Assembly: GCA_048617235.1 (NCBI GenBank)
Contig: JBMCHT010000001.1
Span: 54,043 to 118,042 of the forward strand
Reading direction: 5' to 3'
DNA length: 64,000 bases
Source: Patescibacteria group bacterium
Lineage (GTDB): Bacteria > Patescibacteriota > Minisyncoccia > Phycocordibacterales > XYD1-FULL-46-19
Shown: positions 1 to 9,211 of the stretch, piece after piece
Layout: each line of letters starts with the position of its first letter
How positions within the stretch are numbered: the stretch's first letter is position 1
The notes under the pieces: model-generated
What the model was told of the DNA's origin: nothing
What the model saw: the letters and a program-made list of their open reading frames with translations, nothing else
Databases searched by the model: none
Translations under genes and position numbers: made by a program

Positions 1-650
1 TATGGTTAGCCTCAGCCGGTACTTTTTATGGTCGCTGGTATTACCAAAAAAGAGGCTGGAATAAAGATCTGTCTATTCTTTTCTTGTTTATTGGCTGTTA
101 TTTTTTGACAGTTAATTTACCTTTGTTTATTAGCAATACTCAAGTTAATTGGATTGGTTGGGCTCATATTGCCGGTTTTGGTTTTTTAGCCTTGGCCATG
201 ATTCAAAGCCTACGCTTACCGATGTTTAAAAATATAAAAGTGATTAAAAATAATTTTGAAATTATTATTTGGTCTTTGGGATTTTTAGGTTTAGTTATTA
301 TGGCTATTTTAAGTTATGAAGTTCAACCACCAGTCACCAGTGGTTGGTTAACTCTATGGTCGCCTCATCCGGTAGCCGGTTGGTTAGCCGGGTTATTGGT
401 TTTAAGTTATGGCACCGCCTGGATTTGGCTTTTTAGTAATGCTTGTTTAAAAATTAGGAAAAAAGAAGCTCGAATTAAAATGCAAGCTCTAGGTTTGGCC
501 GGCTTTTCTCTCGGTTTGGCCGGTTGGTTTCATTTTACAGCCATTAATTTTTGGTTGAGTGGTATTTCTTTTGCTTTGAGTGCTTTATCCGGTTTACTGG
601 TTGCTTATTTTATTCTGTTGCCGAAATGGTTAAAGATACTCAAGAAATAA
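1..650 (+). CDS. Polytopic membrane protein, 5'-partial. The reading frame is open from the window edge; ORF track TTG at 84 is probably internal.
   Basis: No in-frame stop between nt 3 and 84. Several hydrophobic helices. No recognisable catalytic motif. Confidence 0.45.
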   Translation, partial: WLASAGTFYGRWYYQKRGWNKDLSILFLFIGCYFLTVNLPLFISNTQVNWIGWAHIAGFGFLALAMIQSLRLPMFKNIKVIKNNFEIIIWSLGFLGLVIMAILSYEVQPPVTSGWLTLWSPHPVAGWLAGLLVLSYGTAWIWLFSNACLKIRKKEARIKMQALGLAGFSLGLAGWFHFTAINFWLSGISFALSALSGLLVAYFILLPKWLKILKK

Positions 651-687
651 ATTGCTCTGTTTTTGTTAGTTTGCTATAGTTAAGGTT

Positions 688-1665
688 ATGGAAAAGCAAA
701 AACCGAGATCTTTATCCGGAGTTAAACCTACTGGGCGACCACATATAGGTAATTACATGGGAGCCATGTTACCATTGGTTCAAGGACAAGGGGATTACCA
801 GACTTTTGTTATGGTAGCGGATTTACACTCCTTAACCGGTATCCATCAAGCTAAAACCCTTAGAAACTATATTAAAGAAATAGCTATAGATTATTTAGCT
901 ATTGGATTGGATCCTCGGAAAACTATAATTTTTCGTCAATCGGATATTCCCGCTCATTCCGAGTTGGCTTGGATTTTTGATTGCATTACTTCCATTGGGT
1001 ATTTACAAAGAGCCCATGCCTATAAAGACGCTTTGGCTAAAAACAAAGAAATTAATGTCGGAGTTTTTAATTATCCAATGTTAATGGCGGCGGATATTTT
1101 ACTTTATGATGTAGATATTGTGCCGGTGGGTCAAGACCAGAAACAACATGTGGAATATGCCCGAGATACGGCTGAGAAGTTTAATCGGCTTTTTGGTCAA
1201 GCTTTTAAATTACCGAAAGCGGTTATTCAAGAAGAAGTTAAATCGATTGTTGGAATTGATGGTCGGAAAATGAGTAAAAGTTATAATAATTATTTGTCTT
1301 TATTTGCCGAAGATGAAGAAATTAGAAAACAAGTGATGAAAATACCGACAGATTCCAAAAGTATAGAAGAACCAAAAGATCCGGATACTTGCCAGGTTTT
1401 TGCTTGGCACAGAGTTTTTTCAACCAAGGATTTAACCGAAATAGAAAAACGTTATCGTCAGGGTGGAATTGGTTATAAAGAAGCCAAAGAAATTCTAATA
1501 GATAACTTGATTGCCTTGATTAACCCCCTGCGAGAGAAAAGAAAAACCATAGCCGAAGATCCCAACTGGGTATTCTCGGTGTTAGAAGAAGGAGCTGAGA
1601 GAGTCAGACCCTTAGCAGATGAAAAAATAAGATTAGTTAAAGATTTAACCGGCTTGAGTTTATAG
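688..1665 (+). CDS. trpS: Tryptophanyl-tRNA synthetase
   Basis: N-terminal 'PTGRPHIGNYMG' HIGH-type motif and KMSKS ('KMSKSYNN'). Class I TrpRS length ~325 aa. Confidence 0.9.
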   Translation: MEKQKPRSLSGVKPTGRPHIGNYMGAMLPLVQGQGDYQTFVMVADLHSLTGIHQAKTLRNYIKEIAIDYLAIGLDPRKTIIFRQSDIPAHSELAWIFDCITSIGYLQRAHAYKDALAKNKEINVGVFNYPMLMAADILLYDVDIVPVGQDQKQHVEYARDTAEKFNRLFGQAFKLPKAVIQEEVKSIVGIDGRKMSKSYNNYLSLFAEDEEIRKQVMKIPTDSKSIEEPKDPDTCQVFAWHRVFSTKDLTEIEKRYRQGGIGYKEAKEILIDNLIALINPLREKRKTIAEDPNWVFSVLEEGAERVRPLADEKIRLVKDLTGLSL

Positions 1666-1677
1666 TTTTTATAATTC

Positions 1678-3465
1678 ATGAGTCATAAAATAACGACCAG
1701 ACACTTAAAAACCAGTTTTAAGGTGATAGGTGATTTTTTTAGAAAATATCGCCGGCAAGTGACCATTTTACTGATTTTAAATTTAATAATTGCCGTTGGT
1801 AATGCCACCGTTCCTTTTATTACCGGTAGATTTTTTGATGCCCTTCTAAATCCGGAGGCTGTTTTCAATATTGGTCAATATTCCATACCCTTGGTTTTGG
1901 GTATTTTAAGTATTTTATTTTTAATTCAATTAATTTTGGCTTTAATTGATTATAATAATGGTTACCGCTCGGCTTTAATTACTTTTTTATCTCGACATGA
2001 TCATCAGTTAAAATCTTATGACAGATTATTAGAACTACCTTTAGCCTTTCATAAAAAACATAAAATTGGCAGCATTCAAGGTAAAATCACAGAAACCGGT
2101 TGGGGAATGCAAACTCTAGTTGGTCGCTTAATTAATCAAACCGGTTTTACTTTGATTTCCGGTTTAATCGCTTTGGTTGTTATTTTTTATATCCATCCTT
2201 TGATGGCCTTATTTACCTTAACCGGTTTACTTATTTTTTTAATTTTCTCTACTCTAAATTTAAAACATACTGCTTTTGCTGAGCATAAATTTTATCAAGC
2301 TTTTGATATTGCTTATGGAGATGTTTATGACTCTTTAGCCAACATTTCCGCTATTAAACAAGCAGTATCCGAGGAGTATGAAAGAAATAAATTAAGGAAA
2401 AATTTTATTAAAAGATTGCAACCTTTGTGGATGACTTCGGAAAATATCTGGCGTAATTTACGATTTCAACAAAGAATAGTCATTATTTCGGTACAATTAG
2501 TGGTTTTTATCTGGTCAATAAAATTAGTAACTGACGGTATTATGTCTATAGGTGATTTAATTGCCTTTAATGCTTACTTAACTATGGTTTTTGGTCCTTT
2601 TGTGGAAATACTGGATATGTCTAAAACCGTTCAAAACGCTTTGATTAATATTGGTAATTTAGAAAAATTACTCAGTTATCCGGCGGAGAAATATCAACCA
2701 ACCAATAAAAAAGAATTGAAAAATATAAATGGAAAAATAAAATTTGATAATGTCTCTTTTAGCTACAAGCGTCGGGAACCGGTATTGGAAGATATTAGTT
2801 TTGAAATTGACCCGGGGCAAGTAGTAGCTTTAGTGGGAGAGTCCGGAGTGGGTAAAAGCACTTTAATTAACCTACTTTCGGCTTACTATTTCCCAACCAA
2901 AGGTAAAGTTTTAATAGATGAAATTAATATTCGTAAATTAGATTTGGGGTTTTTGCGATCTCAAATTGCCATTGTCCCTCAAGAAGTGGTTTTGTTTAAT
3001 GATACTATCAAAAGTAATATTAAATATGGTAATTTTAAAGCTAAAGACAATCAGGTGAAAAAAGCAGCCGAGCAAGCTCATGCCTTGGATTTTATTGAAA
3101 AATTCCCTAAAAAATGGAATCAGTTGGTGGGCGAAAGGGGAGTTAAATTATCTGTCGGTCAAAAACAAAGAATAGCCATTACTCGAGCTATTTTAAAAGA
3201 TCCCCGAATTTTAATTTTAGATGAACCAACCTCGGCTTTAGACGCTCGATCGGAAAAAATTATTCAGAAGTCTTTAAATGAATTAATGAAAAACCGAACT
3301 ACTTTTATTATCGCTCATCGTTTAAGTACTGTCAGAAAAGCCGATTTAATTTTAGTTTTAGAAAAAGGTAAAATAGTGGAAAAAGGAAACCACGATCAAT
3401 TAATTCAAAAACAAGATGGGACTTATCGAAAGTTATACGAATTACAAATAGGTTTACACGAATAA
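1678..3465 (+). CDS. ABC exporter, fused permease/ATPase (MsbA/multidrug-like)
   Basis: 6-helix N-terminal TMD. Walker A 'GESGVGKST', ABC signature 'LSVGQKQR', Walker B 'ILILDEPTSALD'. Confidence 0.85.
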   Translation: MSHKITTRHLKTSFKVIGDFFRKYRRQVTILLILNLIIAVGNATVPFITGRFFDALLNPEAVFNIGQYSIPLVLGILSILFLIQLILALIDYNNGYRSALITFLSRHDHQLKSYDRLLELPLAFHKKHKIGSIQGKITETGWGMQTLVGRLINQTGFTLISGLIALVVIFYIHPLMALFTLTGLLIFLIFSTLNLKHTAFAEHKFYQAFDIAYGDVYDSLANISAIKQAVSEEYERNKLRKNFIKRLQPLWMTSENIWRNLRFQQRIVIISVQLVVFIWSIKLVTDGIMSIGDLIAFNAYLTMVFGPFVEILDMSKTVQNALINIGNLEKLLSYPAEKYQPTNKKELKNINGKIKFDNVSFSYKRREPVLEDISFEIDPGQVVALVGESGVGKSTLINLLSAYYFPTKGKVLIDEINIRKLDLGFLRSQIAIVPQEVVLFNDTIKSNIKYGNFKAKDNQVKKAAEQAHALDFIEKFPKKWNQLVGERGVKLSVGQKQRIAITRAILKDPRILILDEPTSALDARSEKIIQKSLNELMKNRTTFIIAHRLSTVRKADLILVLEKGKIVEKGNHDQLIQKQDGTYRKLYELQIGLHE

Positions 3466-3467
3466 CC

Positions 3468-4214
3468 ATGACAGATAATTTTAAAATTAAAGTTAAAGAT
3501 TTTGAAGGTCCTTTGGATTTATTGTTGCAATTAATTGAAAAAAGAAAAATGCACATTAGTGAAATTTCTTTAGCTGAAGTGGCTGAAGATTTTATCTCTT
3601 ATCTGGAAAGAAAAGAAGAATTACCTAAAGAAGAAGTGGTTGATTTTATCTTTATAGCCGCTTGTTTAATGTTAATAAAATCCGCTTCTTTATTACCTAA
3701 TTTAGAAACCATTCCGGCCGAAGAAGAAGATATTCGGGATTTAGAGATTAGATTAAAGTTGTATCAAATTATTAAATCTGTAGCCGGTAATTTAAGAAAA
3801 AGAATTGAAAAATATCCTATATTTTTAAATAAACCTCGAAAAAAAGAACCCGTATTTGCTCCCGGAGTTGATTTAACTATTTACAATCTACATCAAGCAG
3901 CTATCAAAACGCTGAATGATTTACCAGTAGCAGAAAAGAAAAAACCAACAATAGCTGTAGGAAAAACTATTAATCTGGAAGAAGTGGTGGATAATTTAAC
4001 TAATCGCTTACAACAATCTTTAAAATTATCTTTTAAAGAATTTGTCAATTCCGGAAAAACAGAAGACAAGAAACAATACAAGGTTATGGTAGTAGTTTCT
4101 TTTCTGAGCTTATTGGAGTTATTAAAAAGGGGAGTGGCTTCAGCTCAACAAAATGATCTTTTTAGCGATATAGAATTATCTAATCAAGCCACCAATACTC
4201 CTCGTTATATATAA
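3468..4214 (+). CDS. scpA: Segregation and condensation protein A
   Basis: N-terminus 'FEGPLDLLLQLIEKRKMHISEISLAEV' typical of ScpA. Adjacent to scpB. Confidence 0.85.
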   Translation: MTDNFKIKVKDFEGPLDLLLQLIEKRKMHISEISLAEVAEDFISYLERKEELPKEEVVDFIFIAACLMLIKSASLLPNLETIPAEEEDIRDLEIRLKLYQIIKSVAGNLRKRIEKYPIFLNKPRKKEPVFAPGVDLTIYNLHQAAIKTLNDLPVAEKKKPTIAVGKTINLEEVVDNLTNRLQQSLKLSFKEFVNSGKTEDKKQYKVMVVVSFLSLLELLKRGVASAQQNDLFSDIELSNQATNTPRYI

Positions 4215-4332
4215 AAAGAACCCCGGCAATATCTAACTACGACACTGCCGGGGAGTAGGTGGTTTCCGGAGAGCGCCGGATAAGAAAAAGGCGCTCAACC
4301 CGGAAACCGAGGGAAGGAAGGTCATTTAATCT
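4215..4332 (-). ncRNA. Candidate ~118-nt small RNA (unclassified), transcribed convergently into the scpA 3' end
   Basis: Minus-strand consensus promoter TTGACA(4362-4367)-N17-TATAAT(4339-4344). GC-rich nested hairpins (GGTTTCCGG...CCGGAAACC). Intrinsic terminator CCCCGGCA-N17-TGCCGGGG plus U-run ending ~4215. 5' region carries CCUUCCUUCCCUC. Confidence 0.45.
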
Positions 4333-4361
4333 GTCGTTATTATATATTTTATCAAATAATA

Positions 4362-4367
4362 TGTCAA
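4362..4367 (-). promoter_or_regulatory. -35 box (TTGACA) of the candidate sRNA promoter; -10 TATAAT at 4339-4344
   Basis: Exact sigma70 consensus hexamers with 17-nt spacer, read on the minus strand. Confidence 0.5.
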
Positions 4368-4410
4368 TACCCATTTGCTAAAAAGATGAAAAAAAGTTAA
4401 TCTTATAGGT

Positions 4411-4983
4411 ATGAATTTAGGTCAAAAAATAGAAGCTTTGTTATTTTATAAGGCGGAACCACTTAAAAAAAATAAAATAATTGAATGGCTTCAAACAGAT
4501 TTTCAATCTCTAACAGAGGCTGTTTCAGAGCTAAAAGTACTTTTAAACAATCGGGGGTTGATTTTAATAGAAACAGATGACAGTTTGGCTTTGGGTACCA
4601 GGCCGGAATTAGCGGAACTATTAGCTGAAATAGATAAAAAAGAATTAGAGTCCAATTTGGGGCCTGCCGGTTTAGAAGTTTTGGCTATAGTTTTATACCA
4701 AGGACCGATTACCAGAGCCGGAATAGATTATATTCGAGGAGTTAATTCTAGCTCGACCTTGCGTCAACTAACTATGAGAGGCTTATTGGAGAAAAATAAA
4801 AATATTAATGGAGATAATAAAACTTTGGTTTATAAACCAACTATTGATTTATTAACTAAACTGGGAATTAGTAATTTGAATGATTTGCCGGATTACCAAA
4901 CCATTAAAACTAAGATGAATTCTTTTAAACAAGATGAAGGTGAAGATGAAACAAAAAACCAAACTTATGAAAAAGAAAATTAA
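4411..4983 (+). CDS. scpB: Segregation and condensation protein B
   Basis: 'LEVLAIVLYQGPITRAGIDYIRGV' winged-helix ScpB signature. Follows scpA. Confidence 0.85.
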   Translation: MNLGQKIEALLFYKAEPLKKNKIIEWLQTDFQSLTEAVSELKVLLNNRGLILIETDDSLALGTRPELAELLAEIDKKELESNLGPAGLEVLAIVLYQGPITRAGIDYIRGVNSSSTLRQLTMRGLLEKNKNINGDNKTLVYKPTIDLLTKLGISNLNDLPDYQTIKTKMNSFKQDEGEDETKNQTYEKEN

Positions 4984-5899
4984 TTTTAATATTGTTAATA
5001 AAATTATATTAGTGATTGCCACTTTAGGACTGTTTTCACTTATTATTATCGGCTTACCTTGGCAAGAAGCCAATAATTCCTTACAACTGGCGGCAATTGA
5101 AGCCGGATCTCCAAACCAAGAACAACCGGTTGATTATTGGACAGAATTAGAATTATCAGCTGAAGCTGCCGCTGTTTATAATATAACTACCGAAGAATTC
5201 ATTTTTGAAAAAAAATTAAATAAACATCTGCCAATCGCTTCAGTAACCAAATTAATGACCATAATTACGGCAGTTGATTATTTAAATTATGAAGACAAAA
5301 TAACTATCGAATCATCTGAGGCCGGAATAATAAGCAGCGCCGGTTTACAAACAGGAGATACTTGGAGATTTGAAGATTTGGCTCGTTTTACTTTAATTAC
5401 TTCCAGTAATGGGGGAGCGACAGCTATTGCTCGAGCAGCCGGTCAAAAAGCCGGAGATGAAAATTTTATCAGTTTGATGAATAAAAAAGCTAAAGATCTT
5501 GGTTTAAATAATACTTTTTTTGTTAATTCAACAGGTTTGGATGTAGGTGGTCAACACAGCGGTTCTTATAGTACCGCTCGAGAAATAACTTTATTAATGG
5601 TTAAACTGTGGCAACAAGAATCAGATTTACTAACTTCAACCGGTTTAACTTCAACTTCTTTTACAACTACAAGCGGCCGTCGCTACCCAGCCACCAACAC
5701 TAATAAGAAAATGGATATTATGCCCGGTTTAGTGGCTTCCAAAACCGGATATACCGGTAACGCCGGAGGTAATTTAACTACAGTGGTAGATATTGGTCCG
5801 GGAAATTATTATGTCATTACAGTTTTAGGATCTACTCGAGAACAAAGAACCGAGGATATCAGTAAAATGATCTTTACTCTTATTAAATCTTTAAAATAA
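4934..5899 (+). CDS. dacA: D-alanyl-D-alanine carboxypeptidase (serine peptidase S11, PBP5-like). Start may be ATG 4946.
   Basis: SxxK 'SVTKLM', SxN 'SSNGGA', KTG 'KTGYTG' motifs. N-terminal TM/signal. Confidence 0.8.
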   Translation: MKVKMKQKTKLMKKKINFNIVNKIILVIATLGLFSLIIIGLPWQEANNSLQLAAIEAGSPNQEQPVDYWTELELSAEAAAVYNITTEEFIFEKKLNKHLPIASVTKLMTIITAVDYLNYEDKITIESSEAGIISSAGLQTGDTWRFEDLARFTLITSSNGGATAIARAAGQKAGDENFISLMNKKAKDLGLNNTFFVNSTGLDVGGQHSGSYSTAREITLLMVKLWQQESDLLTSTGLTSTSFTTTSGRRYPATNTNKKMDIMPGLVASKTGYTGNAGGNLTTVVDIGPGNYYVITVLGSTREQRTEDISKMIFTLIKSLK

Positions 5900-5906
5900 T
5901 ATAATT

Positions 5907-6974
5907 ATGACCGGTATATATCTAGATATTTTCAAAGTCTTTGTACCAACTTTAACCGCTTTTGTGGTGGGAATTTCTTTAACCCCTGTTTTAACTCATT
6001 ATTTATATAAACATAAATTATGGAAGAAAAAAGCCGGTAAAATCTCTCCCGACGGACAAGCCACTCCGGTTTTTGATCGTTTACATAAAGATAAAGAAGT
6101 GGGCACGCCACGCATGGGGGGGGTGGTTATTTGGAGCAGTGTTTTAATTACAATCACTTTTTTTTGGCTTATATCTATTCTAATACCTGAATCCGATTTT
6201 TGGATTAAACTTAATTTTTTAAGCCGAAATCAGACATGGTTACCTTTATTTACTTTAATAGTAGCTTCTCTTTTAGGTTTGGCTGATGATTGGCTACAAG
6301 TATCTAGCACCAACAAAACCAATGAAGGTTTACCTTTTAATTATCGTTTATTGGTAGTCGGTTTTCTTGGATTAGTTGGAGGTTGGTGGTTTTTTGCCAA
6401 ATTAGGAATGACAGAAATCAGTTTACCTTTTTTTGAAAATAACCTTTATTTAGGCTGGTTAATAATACCGTTATTTATAATAATAATGTTAGCTTTGTTT
6501 TCCAGTGGAGTAATAGATGGATTAGACGGATTATCCGGTGGAATAATGTCTATAATCTTTTTCACTTATGCCGCTTTGGCTTTTTTTCAAACTCAAGTTA
6601 ATTTGGCTACCTTCTGTGCCGTGGTTGGTGGAGCTATTTTAGCCTTCTTATGGTTTAATATTCCGCCGGCTAGGTTTTATATGTCTGAAACGGGCATCTT
6701 GGGTTTAACCACCGCCTTAACAGTTGTAGTCTTCTTAACTGATTCTGTTTTATTATTACCAATCATTGCTTTACCATTGGTTGTCACTTCCGGTTCAGTG
6801 GTTATCCAAATGTTATCTAAAAAAATGCGACACGGTAAAAAAATCTTTAAGATAGCTCCTCTTCATCATCATTTTGAAGCTATTGGTTGGCCAGCCTATA
6901 AAGTGGTAATGCGTTATTGGCTGATAGGGATAATAGCCGCCATTATTGGTTTAATTTTAGCCTTAATCAGTTAG
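5907..6974 (+). CDS. mraY: Phospho-N-acetylmuramoyl-pentapeptide transferase
   Basis: Polytopic membrane protein. 'LADDWLQ' Asp pair, 'APLHHHFE' His motif. dcw context. Confidence 0.9.
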   Translation: MTGIYLDIFKVFVPTLTAFVVGISLTPVLTHYLYKHKLWKKKAGKISPDGQATPVFDRLHKDKEVGTPRMGGVVIWSSVLITITFFWLISILIPESDFWIKLNFLSRNQTWLPLFTLIVASLLGLADDWLQVSSTNKTNEGLPFNYRLLVVGFLGLVGGWWFFAKLGMTEISLPFFENNLYLGWLIIPLFIIIMLALFSSGVIDGLDGLSGGIMSIIFFTYAALAFFQTQVNLATFCAVVGGAILAFLWFNIPPARFYMSETGILGLTTALTVVVFLTDSVLLLPIIALPLVVTSGSVVIQMLSKKMRHGKKIFKIAPLHHHFEAIGWPAYKVVMRYWLIGIIAAIIGLILALIS

Positions 6975-6977
6975 AAT

Positions 6978-8084
6978 ATGTCTGCCCTCCCAAAACCTCA
7001 AAAAGCCAATCGTTTTTTATTGACTCTGGTTTTAATTATGACCGGAATTGGCTTTTTAATGTTTACCTCGGCAGCCATGGGAACATTAAGCCATAATATA
7101 CACATTTTTAATTTATTGGTGTCCAAACAATTCATTATTTTAATTTTTGGCCTTTGTTTAATGGTAGTTACCAGTCACATTCCTTATCCCAAGTGGCGCC
7201 AATGGGCTTTGTATTTTTTTGGTTTTGGACTTTTAGCTACTTTAGCTGTTTGGGTTCCGAGTCTGGGTTCTACACTCGGGGGGGCTAATCGTTGGCTTAA
7301 TATAGCCGGTTTTTCTTTTCAACCGGCCGAAATTTTAAAAATAGCTTATGTTATATACCTAGCCGGCTGGTTAGCTTCTGTTAAAGATAATATAGAAGAA
7401 ATTAAAGCCAGTATTATTCCGGCTGTTATTATTACAGCTTTAACTATTGGGGTCTTGGCTCTGCAACCGGATTACGGCACCATTTTAGTTATTACCGTAA
7501 GTGGAGGAGCTATTTTACTGGCTTCAAGAGCTCGCTATTTTCATTTATTTGTTTTAGGATTTATTGGTTTGCTTATAATTACAACCATGGCTTGGCAAAG
7601 TACTTATATTCAATACAGAATCCAAACCTTTTTAAACCCGGGAGAAAATTTACAGACTACCGGTTATCAAATAGATCAATCCATAATTGCCATCGGCTCC
7701 GGTGGTCTAACCGGTAGAGGTTTTGGTCAAAGTTTGCAAAAATTTGAATTTTTACCCCAACCAATAGCCGATTCAATTTTTGCAGTTGTAGCTGAAGAGT
7801 TTGGTTTTATTGGTAGTTTTATTTTAATTTTTCTCTATGCCATGTTAGCTTGTATTGGAATTAAAATAGCTTCCAAAGCCAAAGACGATTTTGGTAGACT
7901 ACTGGCTATTGGAATTGTTATACTGATCGTATCCCAATCTTTTATTAACATCGGGGCTATGATTGGACTCTTGCCCTTATCCGGTTTACCGCTTATTTTT
8001 GTCAGTCACGGGGGCACAGCTCTATTGTTATCTTTAATGTCTATTGGTATCTTACTTAATATTTCTAAATATCAAAAGAAATAA
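6978..8084 (+). CDS. ftsW: SEDS-family peptidoglycan glycosyltransferase FtsW/RodA
   Basis: 10-TM SEDS topology, 'FQPAEILKIAYVIYLA' motif. Between mraY and murG. Confidence 0.85.
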   Translation: MSALPKPQKANRFLLTLVLIMTGIGFLMFTSAAMGTLSHNIHIFNLLVSKQFIILIFGLCLMVVTSHIPYPKWRQWALYFFGFGLLATLAVWVPSLGSTLGGANRWLNIAGFSFQPAEILKIAYVIYLAGWLASVKDNIEEIKASIIPAVIITALTIGVLALQPDYGTILVITVSGGAILLASRARYFHLFVLGFIGLLIITTMAWQSTYIQYRIQTFLNPGENLQTTGYQIDQSIIAIGSGGLTGRGFGQSLQKFEFLPQPIADSIFAVVAEEFGFIGSFILIFLYAMLACIGIKIASKAKDDFGRLLAIGIVILIVSQSFINIGAMIGLLPLSGLPLIFVSHGGTALLLSLMSIGILLNISKYQKK

Positions 8085-8086
8085 AT

Positions 8087-9211
8087 ATGAAAATAATTTT
8101 TACAGGCGGAGGAACCGGAGGTCATTTTTATCCCATTATAGCGGTAGCTCAAGAAGTTCGGGATATTATTTATGATCAGAAATTAATAGAACCTAAACTT
8201 TATTACATCTCAGACAAACCCTATAACTCTAAAGCTTTAAAAGAAAATTATTTGGAATTTATAAAAATACCAACCGGTAAAAAAAGACGCTATCGTTCTA
8301 TTCTTAATATATTGGATATATTCAAAACCGGATTAGGTTTAATCTTGGCTTTATGGAAAATATTTTGGATCTATCCCGACGTTATTTTTTCCAAAGGAGG
8401 TTATGCCAGCTTCCCAACGGTTTGGGCCGGTCGTATTTTAAAAATCCCGGTTATTATTCATGAATCAGACTCCAAACCGGGACTGGTTAATAAATGGGCC
8501 GGGAAATTTGCTACCAGAGTAGCTTTATCCTATCCGGAAGCAAAACAATACTTTAAGCCTGAAATTACAGCAGTCACCGGCAATCCTATCCGTAGAGAAA
8601 TAAAAAGATTGATTAAAAAAGGCTCTCATGAATTTTTAAAATTAAACTCGGATAAACCAACTATATTTGTAGTAGGTGGTTCCCAGGGAGCGCAAACAAT
8701 AAATGAAATAATCATTTCCATTTTGCCTAAATTGTTAGAAAAGTATCAAGTAATTCACCAAACCGGAGTTAATAATTATGAAGAAGTGACCAATCGAACA
8801 TCAGTTATATTATCCGATGAACAAAAAAAGAATTATCGTCCTTATGGTTATTTAAATGATTTAGCTATGAGAATGGCTGCCGGAGCCTCCGATTTAATTA
8901 TTTCTCGAGCCGGTTCAGCCATTTTTGAAATAGCTAATTGGGGTTTACCCAGCATTATTATACCGATTCCGGAGAATATTAGTCATGATCAACGAAGCAA
9001 TGCTTTTATTTACGCTCATCAAGGAGCCTGTTCGGTTATAGAAGAAAATAATTTAACCCCCTCAATTTTAACAGCGGAAATTAATAGAATAATTTTAAAT
9101 AAAGATTTAAGGCAAAAAATGTCCGATCAAGCTAAAAAGTTTTCTCACGAAAATGCAGCTAAAATTATAGCTAACGAAATAATTAATATAACCTTAAAAC
9201 ATGAAAAATAG
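8087..9211 (+). CDS. murG: UDP-GlcNAc:undecaprenyl-PP-MurNAc-pentapeptide GlcNAc transferase
   Basis: 'KIIFTGGGTGGHFYP' GT28 N-terminal motif. dcw context. Confidence 0.9.
   Translation: MKIIFTGGGTGGHFYPIIAVAQEVRDIIYDQKLIEPKLYYISDKPYNSKALKENYLEFIKIPTGKKRRYRSILNILDIFKTGLGLILALWKIFWIYPDVIFSKGGYASFPTVWAGRILKIPVIIHESDSKPGLVNKWAGKFATRVALSYPEAKQYFKPEITAVTGNPIRREIKRLIKKGSHEFLKLNSDKPTIFVVGGSQGAQTINEIIISILPKLLEKYQVIHQTGVNNYEEVTNRTSVILSDEQKKNYRPYGYLNDLAMRMAAGASDLIISRAGSAIFEIANWGLPSIIIPIPENISHDQRSNAFIYAHQGACSVIEENNLTPSILTAEINRIILNKDLRQKMSDQAKKFSHENAAKIIANEIINITLKHEK

Noticed and set aside
1473-1868. Antisense ORFs 1473-1679 (-) and 1683-1868 (-) overlapping trpS and the ABC transporter
   Set aside because: No RBS/promoter and low-complexity translations. 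Fully embedded antisense to well-supported genes.
4239-4325. Plus-strand reading of the scpA-scpB intergenic GC-rich segment as SRP (4.5S) RNA because of a GGAAGGAAG motif
   Set aside because: The apical tetraloop and AGCAGC/GGAA loop arrangement of SRP domain IV is absent. The promoter and terminator are only convincing on the minus strand.
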